A program made the position numbers and the translations under genes. The notes under the pieces are model-generated. The model made no database searches and had not been told where the DNA came from. It was given only the letters and a program-made list of their open reading frames with translations. This document shows positions 12,055 to 24,079 of a stretch of DNA of 64,000 nucleotides, in pieces. Position 1 is the first letter of the stretch. Each line of letters starts with the position of its first letter. The DNA is from Octopus sinensis. Its lineage: Eukaryota. Location: positions 25,854,001-25,918,000 of the forward strand of contig NC_043005.1 of the NCBI RefSeq assembly GCF_006345805.1, in the 5' to 3' direction.

Positions 12055-13210
12055 TACAAAGGTTCTAAAAAATTCAATGCAAAACAGTTTTATTCAGAGG
12101 CGTAGGTAGTTCAAATTGTAAATGTTCCTTGAGCAACTCTTCCTTTTTACAAACCGTCTACTCGTTATAATCTTCTTCACAGGTATTATATTTATGCCAT
12201 CGTTAAATCATCCAACCCTCAAATCTTCTTTGAAACATTAGCTTTGTCTACCTCCTCTCAACCAGTTCCAACGCATCTGCGTCACCAAATCGGTCTTCAA
12301 AAAATATTGTCCTTCGTGAGACTAAGCAGGTGAGAGCCGGTGGTTGGGTGGGGCGAGATCATGACCACGCGGTGGATAGGGGGACCTTTGCCCAGCTCAA
12401 TATACCGGTTACCTGATTTGTTGCCAACGCAATATGTCTTCGTACTTTGTCATGATGCGTATCATTTTTCTTCGAATTTTTCTTCGATCACTTCCGCCTA
12501 ATGATATTCTTTGTAATGTCTCAATGAAGCGCTCGCTGTTCATGGTACAGGTACTTTCAAGAAAATCAAAGCGAATGATGCCTTTGTCATCCAAACATTG
12601 TCACCATCACTACCTGTATCGATCGCTGGTTCATGAACTTCTAAAGTCCTGGATAAGAGACTTGCCGCCATTCTTTGAATTATGTCTTCCTTTTCAGATC
12701 TTAAAGAGACACCTAAAATTCATCAGACAAAGAACAAGTGTCTTCATTGAGTTTAAAATCTTCCATTAAAATCAGTTGAATTTTGAAGCAAGCTCACGGA
12801 TTGTGAATCGTTTGTCAGCACGAATGATTTCGTCCATTTGCCAGCGATTCGTCAGTGGTCGTAGTTGATGGTTCACTATTGCAGAGTTTATTTTCCATGT
12901 TCGTATCATCTTGTTGGAGGTCTTTCGTCCAACTCTTCATTTTGCTTCGTCAACAAAAGCACACTGTGGGCTATTTGGGAATATTCACAACTTCCACCGC
13001 CCTTTCGCCAAAGACTGAATGACGACACGTCACTTCTTGCAATGAGAAGGGAGGGTTAGTGTTATGGCGGTGTTACTCAACCAGCTTCTTCACTCTTAAT
13101 AGCATGCGTCTATAGATGAGAATTGATGCCCATCTATGCATTACATTTTGTACAAATCCCGTACGTTTGAAATTCATTGTTACTAACAATAAGCAGATTT
13201 TTCTATCGTA
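12055..13210 (-). mobile_element. Decayed mariner (DD34D) transposase pseudogene
   Basis: Minus fragments DDKGIIRFDFLE..TMNSERFIETL (WD.KG...DFL..G.TINSE.Y motif), HPPRGHDLAHP (degenerate HPPYSPDLAP) and a terminal ..RW....EDYNE* block. Confidence 0.75.
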
Positions 13211-13614
13211 GATTTTTTGCTTCTTATCTTTCCTTCATTTTCCGTCGACATGAGTCAGCTACAATACTTTTAAACCTGATAACCTGATACTAGTTGAGTC
13301 GCTGCTTTTGACGTCGATTCTTTTTTATTTGGTTGTTTGAGGTTTGCACTCTTCTCTGCCTTAAAGCTCACACCACAAAGGTTTTGCAGTTAACTCTCAA
13401 ACATACTCCATTGATTACCAAATCTATGAGACTAGAGCTGATCCTCGTATGTGATTAGTTCGTTCTTTATTATCGAACCAGTAGGATTGTATCGAATGGT
13501 TAATATTTACATTAGTACTGATGTCTTGTATCGACAAAGTCTCTACAATTATTGTTGCAACAAACAAACAAAACAGCATGCTTTCTTGTATTAGTTCCAG
13601 CCTTTTACGTTTAT

Positions 13615-13822
13615 AAAGAGGCGAGCTGGCAGAAATGTTAGCACCCGGACGAAATGCTTAGCGGCATTTCGTTTGTCTTTATGTTCTGAGTTCAAATTCC
13701 GCCGAGGTTGACTTTGCCTTTCATCCTTTCGGGGTCGATTAATCAAGTACCAGATGCGTACTGGGTTCAACCAGCTTGACTGGCCCGCAAAAAATTCGGG
13801 CGTTGTGCCTGGAGTCGAAAAG
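13615..13822 (+). mobile_element. tRNA-derived SINE (gagctggcagaa family)
   Basis: gcgagctggcagaaatgttagcac...ttctgagttcaaattccgccgagg...tttcatcctttcggggtcga; A-box-like and B-box-like head. Confidence 0.9.
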
Positions 13823-15439
13823 CCTTTTACGTTCTGATTTCAACTGCCACCGAGCTCAAATTTTCCTTTCATTCCTCCGAAGTTGAAAAAATAATCTACC
13901 AGTTAAATCCTGGGGTTGATGTAATCGTCTCACCCGGTTCCCCACACAATTGCTGACTTTGTCTCACAAGTTATAACAATTCTTATTTTAACCTAAAATG
14001 TCTGAAGCCAGTTCTGATTAAGACCAGCAACAACTAAAATTATTGAAAGTTAATCCCTTTTTTCTTCTGTCATAGTGTGTCTACAACCACAATCTTCTAA
14101 TGTGTTTTTCTTTCTTTAAACGATTGTAGAGTGTTAAATCAGGGAGCTTTTGATGCTATTTCTAGTAGAACCAACGGAATTGTAGAGAACACTTCGTTCA
14201 ATCGTCTGTATTCAGCAGACTTGTTACTGGTGTTCTTTTAACTAATTAAGTACTTCACTAACCCTTCTGTTACTAAGTAGGGAGAGCACAGCACATCATG
14301 ACGATCGCACCTATGACAAATTTGAGGGCCACTGTGAGTTGTAAGATGGAAGAGAAGAAATGACACTTATAGCTGAAAAATGAAACAAATGTTTGCAATG
14401 GTGTAAACTCCATGAAACGTTCCGAAGTATAAAGGCAAAGTTCTCTAGGATTTGGTTGATTCGAATCTATGACAGAAGGTATTTGACCAAGGTATCGCTG
14501 AGTAACATGAGACCTGAAGCGAACACATTAATCACATCGACATACATACACGAATTACACAACTTCTGTTTCGTATTTAAGACATACGGACACCCTCTTG
14601 CGTAGAGCTGATTTGAACGCGCAACCTTCAATTATGATATTAAATTCTATTAAAAAAATATGTACAGATTACTACACATTTGAAAGTTTTTCCATTTGCA
14701 GGATGAATAATCATCTCTATCTTCCAAAACGCAAATGAGTCTTCAGAATCTATACGCAATTTGTATATGGGATATAACATAAAAGCCAAAATTCTACAAT
14801 ATATATCTTTTCTTCCACTATTATGCTTCGACTAATTTGAAAGAATAAAGAATATATGGACGTTGATAGCGGAAAATTGTTTTATAGACAACAACCGAGC
14901 GAAAGAAGAGTGAAAACGCAGCATTGCAGAATAAAGCAAGACGTTGAATATTTTTTTATTACCGCAGCGGGTGCATCTTAGAAATTTAATATATTCATTC
15001 TTAGGTTATATATACATGTGTGTGCATATGTACATACATATATATAAACACTTATATAAAGGTATATGTTATATATATGTGTTCTAAGTTATTTATCTGA
15101 GATTGCGTCATCGTGTGTTGACATTATCAAGTACATTGTGTTTTATGTATTACTGGTAAATTACATCAGGCAAAAGGTGTTATCAGTAAATCGGTAGAAT
15201 CTGCCATTCTTCTTTTCATTGCTTCATTTCGATAATAAACTTATTTCCCAGTGTCATAAATTTAGCTATAATTGATAAAGAACTAAAACTGCGATTACTG
15301 TTACTAATAATAATGAAAATAACAATTTTTTTCTTTCTTTTTTCACAGTGGGTAAACAAGCAGAAAAACACACAGAAAGGTTACACACACCACATAAAGA
15401 GCTATATTTACATACATAGATAAGTATACACACACTTAG

Positions 15440-15504
<65 letters not shown>

Positions 15505-15633
15505 TATATATATATATGCACATACACACATATATATATACATGTGAGTGTATGTGTGTATGTATATTACATATATATATATTTATATACACATATATAT
15601 ATGTACATATATATATATGTATATATAAGTACA

Positions 15634-15675
<42 letters not shown>

Positions 15676-15727
15676 TATATACATATATATGTATATATGT
15701 ATATGTATATGTATATATATAAGTATG

Positions 15728-15781
<54 letters not shown>
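15440..15781. repeat. Long (TA)n-based compound microsatellite
   Basis: Direct reading. Confidence 0.95.
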
Positions 15782-15782
<1 letters not shown>

Positions 15783-16061
15783 ATTGAATAAAAGGGGGAC
15801 TGTAGCGTAAATAAGCCAAATGGATCTTGTGTGTTTCATTCTATTGAAAAGCAATTATTACGTAAGGCTGAGTATGAAATTGGCTGTATATTGTGAAAGG
15901 TATTTTAGCCCATAGAATATTATGAGCAATAAAAAAAATCTACAGGACATTTATGCTGAAAAGGAAAACAGGTTTCTGAGTATACAATATAAATCTACAT
16001 ATATGTGTGTGTGTGTGTGCGTGTGTGCATAATATATATTTGTATATACATATATAGTTGT

Positions 16062-16137
<76 letters not shown>

Positions 16138-16839
16138 GTGTGTAGGAATGTATATTTAAAACTTGTAATTTTTTTATATAACACACTTATTAACAAGCCT
16201 ATGTGGTATGTTTCTGTGAAAATAGTTTTTACTATGTATTGTAGAACATTTTTAATGATCTGAGTCCATTTCCCTCTCCGCCTCTCCATCTCTCATTGCC
16301 CCTCTTTTCTCCCTCTGTCCATCTCAAAGTTTCTTTTCTCGCCTACCTCTCTCATTTTAATCGCTCGTTCTCAGTCACCTCTCTATCTCTCTCTCTCTGT
16401 CTTTCTCAAATCCGCTTTAATAATGATACCTTAACAGGTACTTGCTCGCTATATTCAAAGTGTTTATAACATCAAACAAATCCATTTGAAACCAATATCT
16501 GTGTATTGATATATTTCCTTTCAGCCTTATATACAATTTATTTCCTAGTTTTCAAATGAAGTTTTCCACATCGCTACTTATAGGCATATACATACATGCG
16601 TACGAAAATACACACGAACACTCTTAAAATCATTTATTCATACATGCATATAAAATTACATATGTATGTGCGTATGTGTGTGTATTCTTTTGTTCGTTTA
16701 CTTGCTTCAGTCATCTGACTGCAGCCATTACGGAGCACTGCCTGAAAGGGTATGTGTATGTGTATGTATGTATGTGTATGTATGTATGTATGTGTATGTA
16801 TGTATGTATTTATGTATGTATGTATGTATGTATGTAAAG

Positions 16840-17040
16840 TTTATCCAAACATGAAAACACAAAGAGAAAACACAACAACGCGAGGACGTGGGACAAATAT
16901 AGTACTATTGGACGCTCAGGAAGGAAGGGAAGGAGGGGTTTACGTTTCGAGCGGAGCTCTTCGTCAGAAACTTAGGAAAAGGAAAGACCCAACGAAGGGA
17001 AGACGGAGGAAAAAATCGCCAACGGTACACACGCGGACAC
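16840..17040 (-). mobile_element. Probable Penelope-like pseudo-LTR fragment carrying a hammerhead motif
   Basis: Contains the minimal hammerhead below within a pyrimidine-rich minus strand. Minimal hammerheads are an established feature of PLE pseudo-LTRs. Confidence 0.55.
16938..16971 (-). ncRNA. Minimal hammerhead ribozyme motif
   Basis: Minus strand gttt-CTGACGA-a-GAGC-tcc-GCTC-GAAAC-GT-aaac: canonical core, 4-bp stem II, palindromic ACGT stem III and 4-bp stem I. The cleavage-site H nucleotide is missing if stem I is fully paired. Confidence 0.7.
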
Positions 17041-17709
17041 ATTATGTGTATGTATGTATGTATATGTGCTTATACTGTCGCATCCTTCACTTGTATAAGT
17101 CTGCTGCAACAAGTGTCAAGAATCCGGTGATTATCAGGATGCAGGAGTTTGCTTGACATTACCTTCTGTCAAAGGAGCAGCGAAAGAGCTGAAGGGAGTC
17201 ATCTACCCTGGATCCGTAGGGGTGACTGAGAATAACTTTCTTCCAAGGGGAAGTCTGAAACTTGCCAATTACTCTGTAGTTGGAACCCTAACAGTTGCTG
17301 CTACGCCGGCTCAGAGTAAACCTGGGTGCAACAATGGCGAAGAGATCGTTCCGCACACCTCGAAACTCTGCAACTGCCAAACGAACGTCCCCACCATCAC
17401 CACTACTGTTACATCAATTTAAATGGATAGCAATCCTCACCTGCATAAATACATAGAATTAAATTAAATTTCAATTAAAGACCATCTGTTTTAATTAAAA
17501 TTCAATTTAGTTCTATGTATTTATGCAGCATTTAAATCAATGTAATGCTTGCATTGTTCAGTTGAATGGAGTCACTTGAAACGATCGTACTGCATTGCCT
17601 CTGGGTATCCACTTGCTAATTTTGATTTTAATCACTTTATTTTCAAACTATATGAATAATACCTTACTACATTCTGGTGCCTAAACTTAAGTACCTAATT
17701 CATACGAAT

Positions 17710-17732
17710 ATATATATAAATGTATATATATG

Positions 17733-17785
<53 letters not shown>

Positions 17786-17824
17786 TTATTTATTTATTTA
17801 TATAAATCACAGACACACGAGCAT

Positions 17825-17907
<83 letters not shown>
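17710..17907. repeat. (TA)n then (AGAT)n microsatellite
   Basis: Direct reading. Confidence 0.95.
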
Positions 17908-18070
17908 CGACTGGCTTCTTTCAGTTTCCGCCTAGCAAATCCACTCACAAGGCTTTGTTCGGTCCGAGGCTATAGTAGAAGGCACTTGCTCAAGTTGCTA
18001 CGCAGTGGGATTGAACTCGGAAACATATGATTGGTAAGCAAGCTACTTACTACACAGTCACTCCTGCGCC
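17908..18070 (-). mobile_element. CORE-like tRNA-derived SINE, 5' half
   Basis: Reverse complement of ggcgcaggagtgactgtgtagtaagtagc...cttgagcaagtgccttctactatagcctcgg...ggaaactgaaagaagcc. Confidence 0.85.
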
Positions 18071-18088
18071 CCTATATATATATATGTT

Positions 18089-18149
<61 letters not shown>

Positions 18150-18158
18150 GCTTATATG

Positions 18159-18189
<31 letters not shown>

Positions 18190-18699
18190 ATTATACATAC
18201 ATATTTGTGTGTGTATAAACATGCATGAATAAATGTCCATGTCCACACGCATAGTGATTTATTCCCTGTTTCTGAGATGATCAAGATATTTAAAGATTTC
18301 GACAATAATAGCCGTAAGGACGGCGACAATGGCAACATTACCATTTTCGCTTTCCCAAACATGATATGAAAGAAGAAAATGTTGGACTCCAGCTGGTTCC
18401 TGTTGGAAACGCAAATTTGGCTGTCCTGAATTACGATAAACTCTTCCCCCACTTCTAACCCTGTGGTTGTTCGTGTGTTTATTCCAATAGTTCCGCCAAG
18501 ACATTTAAGATGACATTTGACGTACTTGTGCTGTAACCAAGCAAGGGCGACCATTTGTGTGTCAGCTAAAATTAATTGAAGCAATCACTGACCGATATAT
18601 TGGACAATAAGTGCCAATTGAGACTCATGACAATGGCAGCATAGAGAGACGGCAACGTCAATATGTTCAGCGGTTGGACAAATTTCCTTCCAATATTTC

Positions 18700-19400
18700 T
18701 GAAGAGCCTTCTCTTTTCACACTGATTTATTCTTTACTGGAATCGTGAATTTAACCGAATTCGCATTATGTTTTGCTTCATACCTTATTTATCATGTGAC
18801 CCATTATTCCTGATGTTATATACTTTCTTTAGAATTCTTTTCTTCACCGTCTTCTTTTCAATCACAACATGCAACCTTGCAAAACAACCTCCTCAGCTTT
18901 GTTTTCGATTCTCTCTTTCCACTTTGGGTCTACTTTCGTTTTTGATTTATAACTTCAAGAATTTCTTCAGTAACACCAGGAATTTTACATCATTTATATT
19001 CGGCCTCTTTCGTAGCTTTTTACTTCCAGTTACCATATAAACTTACAATTTCTTTCAGGCCCCGTCTCTTGTCTCTTGTAATCTCTAAAGTAAGCTCCAT
19101 TTTCCTGCCGTAATATTCTTTTCCACTATAACTTATTTTTAGCTTCAACACTATATATTTCTACCTCATGATTACTTAATCTTTCTCATATTTTTCTCCG
19201 TCAATTTCCTATTCTGTGTAACCACATTCTTCATCTTTTACTCTTTTGATGACTTTTGACTTCTCCAACTGAGTCAACCATTGTTTTTTCACTCTGATAT
19301 TTTTCTAGCTTAGAGGTCTTTGTTCTGTAACTGGTAACATCTTATTTTTCGTTTTATTTATGTATTAATTTTCTGTATCGTATTTCACCAGGCTAGCGGA
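18700..19400 (-). mobile_element. Decayed non-LTR retroelement N-terminal region, probably R4/Dong-type
   Basis: Purine-rich minus strand giving VTEQRPL..IRVKKQWLTQLE, PKWKERIENK and RINQCEKRRLFRN, in the order of the blocks preceding RT in R4-like ORFs (recognised from memory). Confidence 0.5.
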
Positions 19401-19922
19401 TATCATGACAATTCTGCTGTCACTTTGACCACTTATGTAGCAGTAGTGCATAAATAACCGCACTTATCTTGATATGCCAAGAGACATTCACCTGAAGATC
19501 TAATTTCGTTAACGCACTTCTACAATAAACTTTTCTTTGAAATTACAGATTTAGAAAACAATGTTGTTATCGAGAGACTATGCTAAACAAGTCTAAAAAG
19601 GACGCTTCCCTATAAGACATAGTTAAACTTAGATCGACCTTGCCTTTTATCCTCTTTGGAACGATAAAATAAGTCCCAGTTGAGCACTGGGGACGTTGTA
19701 ATCGACTCATCCCCTCTCCCAAAATCACTTCCCATGCGGCAAAATTTGAAACCATTATTATTATTGCTCTTTTTGTTGTTGTTCCTCTTATTATTATAAT
19801 TGCTATCCCTGCTATTAATATAAATAATGACGCATTCAATTTATAGAAAGAAACTTTGTCTATATATAGTCGTTCATCAAAATACAGTAAATGCTGGAAT
19901 CGATAAAACGTCAGGCAATATA

Positions 19923-20030
19923 TATTTATTTCTTTAGTGCCCACGGGGAGGGGGCTAAACAGAGAAGGAACAAACAAGGATAGACAAAGGGATTAAGTCG
20001 ATTACATCGGCCCCAGTGCGATACTGGTAC
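19923..20030 (-). mobile_element. 3' tail of SINE (gagctggcagaa family), truncated at the tRNA
   Basis: Reverse complement aligns with 20262-20366. Confidence 0.85.
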
Positions 20031-20047
20031 CCATGTGGTCTAAAGTA

Positions 20048-20118
20048 TCCCATGTGGTCTAGTGGTTAGGATTCCTGGCTTTCACCCAGGCGGCCGGGTT
20101 CGATTCCCGGCATGGGAA
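20048..20118 (+). tRNA. tRNA-Glu(TTC), 71 nt (variable loop one nt short)
   Basis: TCCCATG TG GTCT AGTGGTTA GGAT T CCTGG CT TTC AC CCAGG CGG CCGGG TTCGATT CCCGG CATGGGA A. Perfect acceptor, anticodon and T stems; intact A and B boxes; matches the metazoan tRNA-Glu pattern. Confidence 0.9.
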
Positions 20119-20124
20119 CTTGAA

Positions 20125-20130
20125 TTTTTT
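20125..20130 (+). terminator. RNA Pol III T-run terminator of the tRNA
   Basis: TTTTTT starting 7 nt after the tRNA 3' end. Confidence 0.75.
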
Positions 20131-20366
20131 AAGGCGGCGAGCTGGCAGAAACGTTAGCACGTCGGGCGAAATGCTTAGCGGTATTTCGTCTGTCGTTACG
20201 TTGTGAGTTCAAATTCCACCGAGGTCGACTTTACCTTTCATCCTTTCGGGGTCGATAAATTAAGTACCAGTTACGCACTGGGGTCGATGTAATCAACTTA
20301 ATACCTATGTCTGTCCTTGTTTGTCCCCTCTATGTTTAGCCCCTTGTGGGTAATAAAGAAATAGGT
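20131..20366 (+). mobile_element. Full-length tRNA-derived SINE (gagctggcagaa family)
   Basis: aaggcggcgagctggcagaaacgttagcac...gagttcaaattcc...ggggtcgataaattaagtaccag...gtttgtcccctctatgtttagccc...aaagaaat; near-identical to 58647-58873. Confidence 0.9.
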
Positions 20367-20502
20367 ACTTATTTAATCGACCACGAAAAAATGAAAGACA
20401 AAGTCGACCTCGGCGGAATTTGAACATAGAACGTAGTGACAGACGAAATACGGCTTCAGCATTTCGCGCGGCGGGCAAACGATTCTGCCAGCTCGTCGCC
20501 TT
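20364..20502 (-). mobile_element. SINE copy, tail-to-tail with the preceding one
   Basis: Reverse complement of aaggcgacgagctggcagaatcg...gttcaaattccgccgaggtcgac. Confidence 0.85.
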
Positions 20503-20679
20503 CGTCGTGCAATGTATGTTGTGCATTTAATTAAGCACCTGTAAAACTTGACTTCAACTCCTACGAAAATCATTTCAACTTACGTTGCTGAAGCTACGAA
20601 AATATAAATACCAGTGCATTACTTACCGATCACTCGACTGCTCTCTACTGCCAAATCTGTCCTTTGGCGGTATTATAAG

Positions 20680-20680
20680 G

Positions 20681-20724
<44 letters not shown>

Positions 20725-20737
20725 GTGTGTGTGTGTA

Positions 20738-20799
<62 letters not shown>

Positions 20800-20802
20800 C
20801 AT

Positions 20803-20875
<73 letters not shown>

Positions 20876-20880
20876 CACAT
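20680..20880. repeat. (CA)/(TA) compound microsatellite
   Basis: Direct reading. Confidence 0.95.
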
Positions 20881-21134
20881 ATACTATTTCATCTGCAGCC
20901 TCATTTTATTATATGCATCTACATGAATTAGAATTTAGGCTTTTTCTCCCTAATCTATTCTACTGATAATCATTATTTCTCTTTCACTAACAGATAAATT
21001 ATCTCCTCTCCAACACTCAGCCCACACACTAGACCCATGCATACACAAATACATACTTGCACATGCATGTGTATGTAAATATGTATATATATATATATAT
21101 AAAATATATATAAAATACGCTTACACACACATAC

Positions 21135-21420
21135 ACAGACGCGTAAGTTCGTGAGTTCAATTCCCGGTGACGCGTTGTGTCCTTGAGCAAGACACTTTAT
21201 TTCACGTTGCTGCAGACCACACTGCTGGCAAAAAATTAATTGTACCTGTAATTCAAAGGAGCCAGTCTTGTCACGCTGAATCTCTCCGAGAACTACGTTA
21301 AGGATACACGTGTCTGCGGAGTGCTCAGCCACTCGTACGTTAATTTCACGAGCAAGCTCTTCCGTTGATCGGATCAGCTGGGACCCTCGTCGTCGTAACC
21401 GACTGAGTGCTCCTAAGTGG
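21135..21420 (+). mobile_element. Second CORE-like SINE subfamily
   Basis: gagttcaattcccgg (B box) followed by tgtgtccttgagcaagacacttt (CORE-like). Related minus-strand copies at ~26340-26515, 29400-29570, 39560-39740 and 59040-59180; plus-strand copies at ~61060-61260, 61720-61950 and 62700-62832. Confidence 0.7.
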
Positions 21421-23937
21421 ACGTTGTTTAGTAAAAGACTATATGTGCTCATACACATACAGATAGATACACACACACGAACGCACATACAGACACGCAC
21501 ACACACACATATGTATAGGTATGCGTGAGTACATGGGCATAATGTTATATCTATATGAGTGTATTTATTTGACTGTGTGTTGATAATTATGTAATAGCCT
21601 GCAGTTGTACAATAGATTTTATACATTCGTATGCTTCAAACATATTGTATATAATAGATGTGTGCATATATGTGTGTGAGTGTGTGTGCATGCGTGTTTG
21701 TGTGTGTTTTCATGCGTGTGGCGGGCCGTATGTATGTTTCCTGTTATGTTAGTATGCGGTTAATTCAGTATTGAGGTCGACTGTGCTTTTCATCCTTTCG
21801 GGGTCGATAAATTAAGTACCAGTTGCGTACTGCTGTCCGTCCAATCGACTGGCCCCCTCCCCCCTAAAATTCCAGGTCTTGTACCTAGAATAGTAAAGAA
21901 TGTTGAATACTTTGAGATACTTTTTCGACCAAAGGTAATTTCAACTGTTTGGATATAAAATGTATTTTTGTACATTCCACGGTCCAATTTGCGTTATATA
22001 TTTCCCTTACGTGACTCATATCGTTATAGCGATGGTTAACACAAGTATTCTCTCTTTTCTACGTATCCCAATGATATATTCACTTCACAAAGCAGAACTT
22101 TCCGTAGCGTGCGCCATGCTACGAAGTAAAATGGCAGCAAATTGCTTGATAACGTGTTTCATAATTTGACTCCGTTTATTCCTTCACTGCATAGACTTAG
22201 TATGGTTATTCCCAGCTGATTTTAATTTATATAAATATATTTTGATGGCACTATGTTTTTTTTTTCCTATCGAGCTGACACGTTTATAAAAAAAACTCCT
22301 ACCTAGCTACATGTATACCACATGTGTGTGTGTACATGTGGGCGTGTATATGAAACGAAGTGGATGAAACAAATGCGTGTGATTTGTTATACGAATTGCG
22401 ATGATAAGGCCCACGCCGTTTTCGTTTTGACCATAAACACAAGACAAAGGCACTACGACAGCAAGAGGTGTGTCCTACTGAAGCTAACCACTAGTTATTC
22501 GATGTACTAAGGTCTGTCTGAAAAAATACTCGCCCACCAAGCACTGCTTTAGGAAATCTGCTATTGAGAAAAATATGAGGGAGACAAAGAGATAAATCTA
22601 ATACGCCATTACTTTATAGATAGATATTGGTCGCTTTAGATTGGATAAAAAACTATATTGACCTCGGCGAAATTTGAATTCAGGAATAAGTAATCTGAAA
22701 ATATGTGCTGTGTGCATCCTGTTTTGAACGTATCACTTGTTGCTTCGATGTTTCACTTCATATTTAGTCCTCCTACATAACCCTTGCCTTGAAAGAGCAC
22801 GAGCTTGCGTCAGCTCCCATTTTAAAGACATGGTTTTGATCAGTTGCCGTTATATTTGATTTTGACTGTGTGCTACATAAACGCTTATTTAAAGATGTTG
22901 ATTGGTTTTGGTTTTTGGGCACCGAAATCTAACTTTCGTATTCTTCCGATTTTAGACAACGAGAATATTGTCAATACCAGATACACCAACCAGTGACCAG
23001 TAAGTATTTAATAACACTGCGGTAGTTAAAAATGAGATCTTAAAAAGAAGAAACACTCGACATCCCGGATCTACCATCGAATCCGGCTACAGAAAACAGA
23101 TAGGCCAATGAATTACCAAATGAGGAAACGACACCCATAAACACAAGCATAATAAAATAATATTTTGAATTCTAAACAATAAGTATATACAAATATATGA
23201 ATACGATTCATTATTCATTTTAAAAGCTCACCAAATACAATGACAGTTTCAAAATATATTTATATTGCTTATCTGAGGCATCCGTAAAAAGAAGTAATTT
23301 TATATCCCTGGACATACAGAAAGACGACATCACAGAGATAGAAGGTTTAGCTTCGAAGTCACTACCCTCGTTTGACCTAAGGTAAGATGACTAAAATTAA
23401 CTAAGAACCTTAGACTTTAACCCTTCTCAGCATTATAAATGTTATTGCTTATGTTTTCACATTTATTGCATTTGCAGATTAATGTCTGATATAACAGATA
23501 ATGGAAAGTAGAAGTTTCTAGAAGCTATTTTATTCACTCTAACGCCAATAAATCCTTCAAATATCATAAAATACTATAAACGTAAATGAAAATAGCCTGG
23601 TGGTACAAAGAATGTCATTCGGTTGGCTTAGTTCCTGGAATATTTTTGACAGAAATATGTCCGAATATAGCAAGGTAATGTTACGTTCAAGATATAAGTC
23701 TATAAAAGAATACATTATTTATTAGAATTATCATTGCTCTCGTTCATATTAACGTATTTGTTATATAACTTGCTTCAAACATTCACCGAATGAGTATGTA
23801 AGTATACGGATATATGCATACCTTCACACAAACACTGAGGCACATACATATATAAATGTGCGTGTGTGTGAGTGAATGAGTGAATGAGTGTGCGTACGTG
23901 TGTGTATGTGTATAAATATATACATATATACGTATAA

Positions 23938-23988
<51 letters not shown>

Positions 23989-24030
23989 TACATACATAAA
24001 TACATACATACGCATAGATATCTATGTATG

Positions 24031-24079
<49 letters not shown>

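Noticed and set aside
16752-17156. Basic, NLS-like ORF (KLRKRKDPTKGRRRKK)
   Set aside because: It is the antisense reading of the pyrimidine-rich hammerhead-bearing repeat, with microsatellite at both ends
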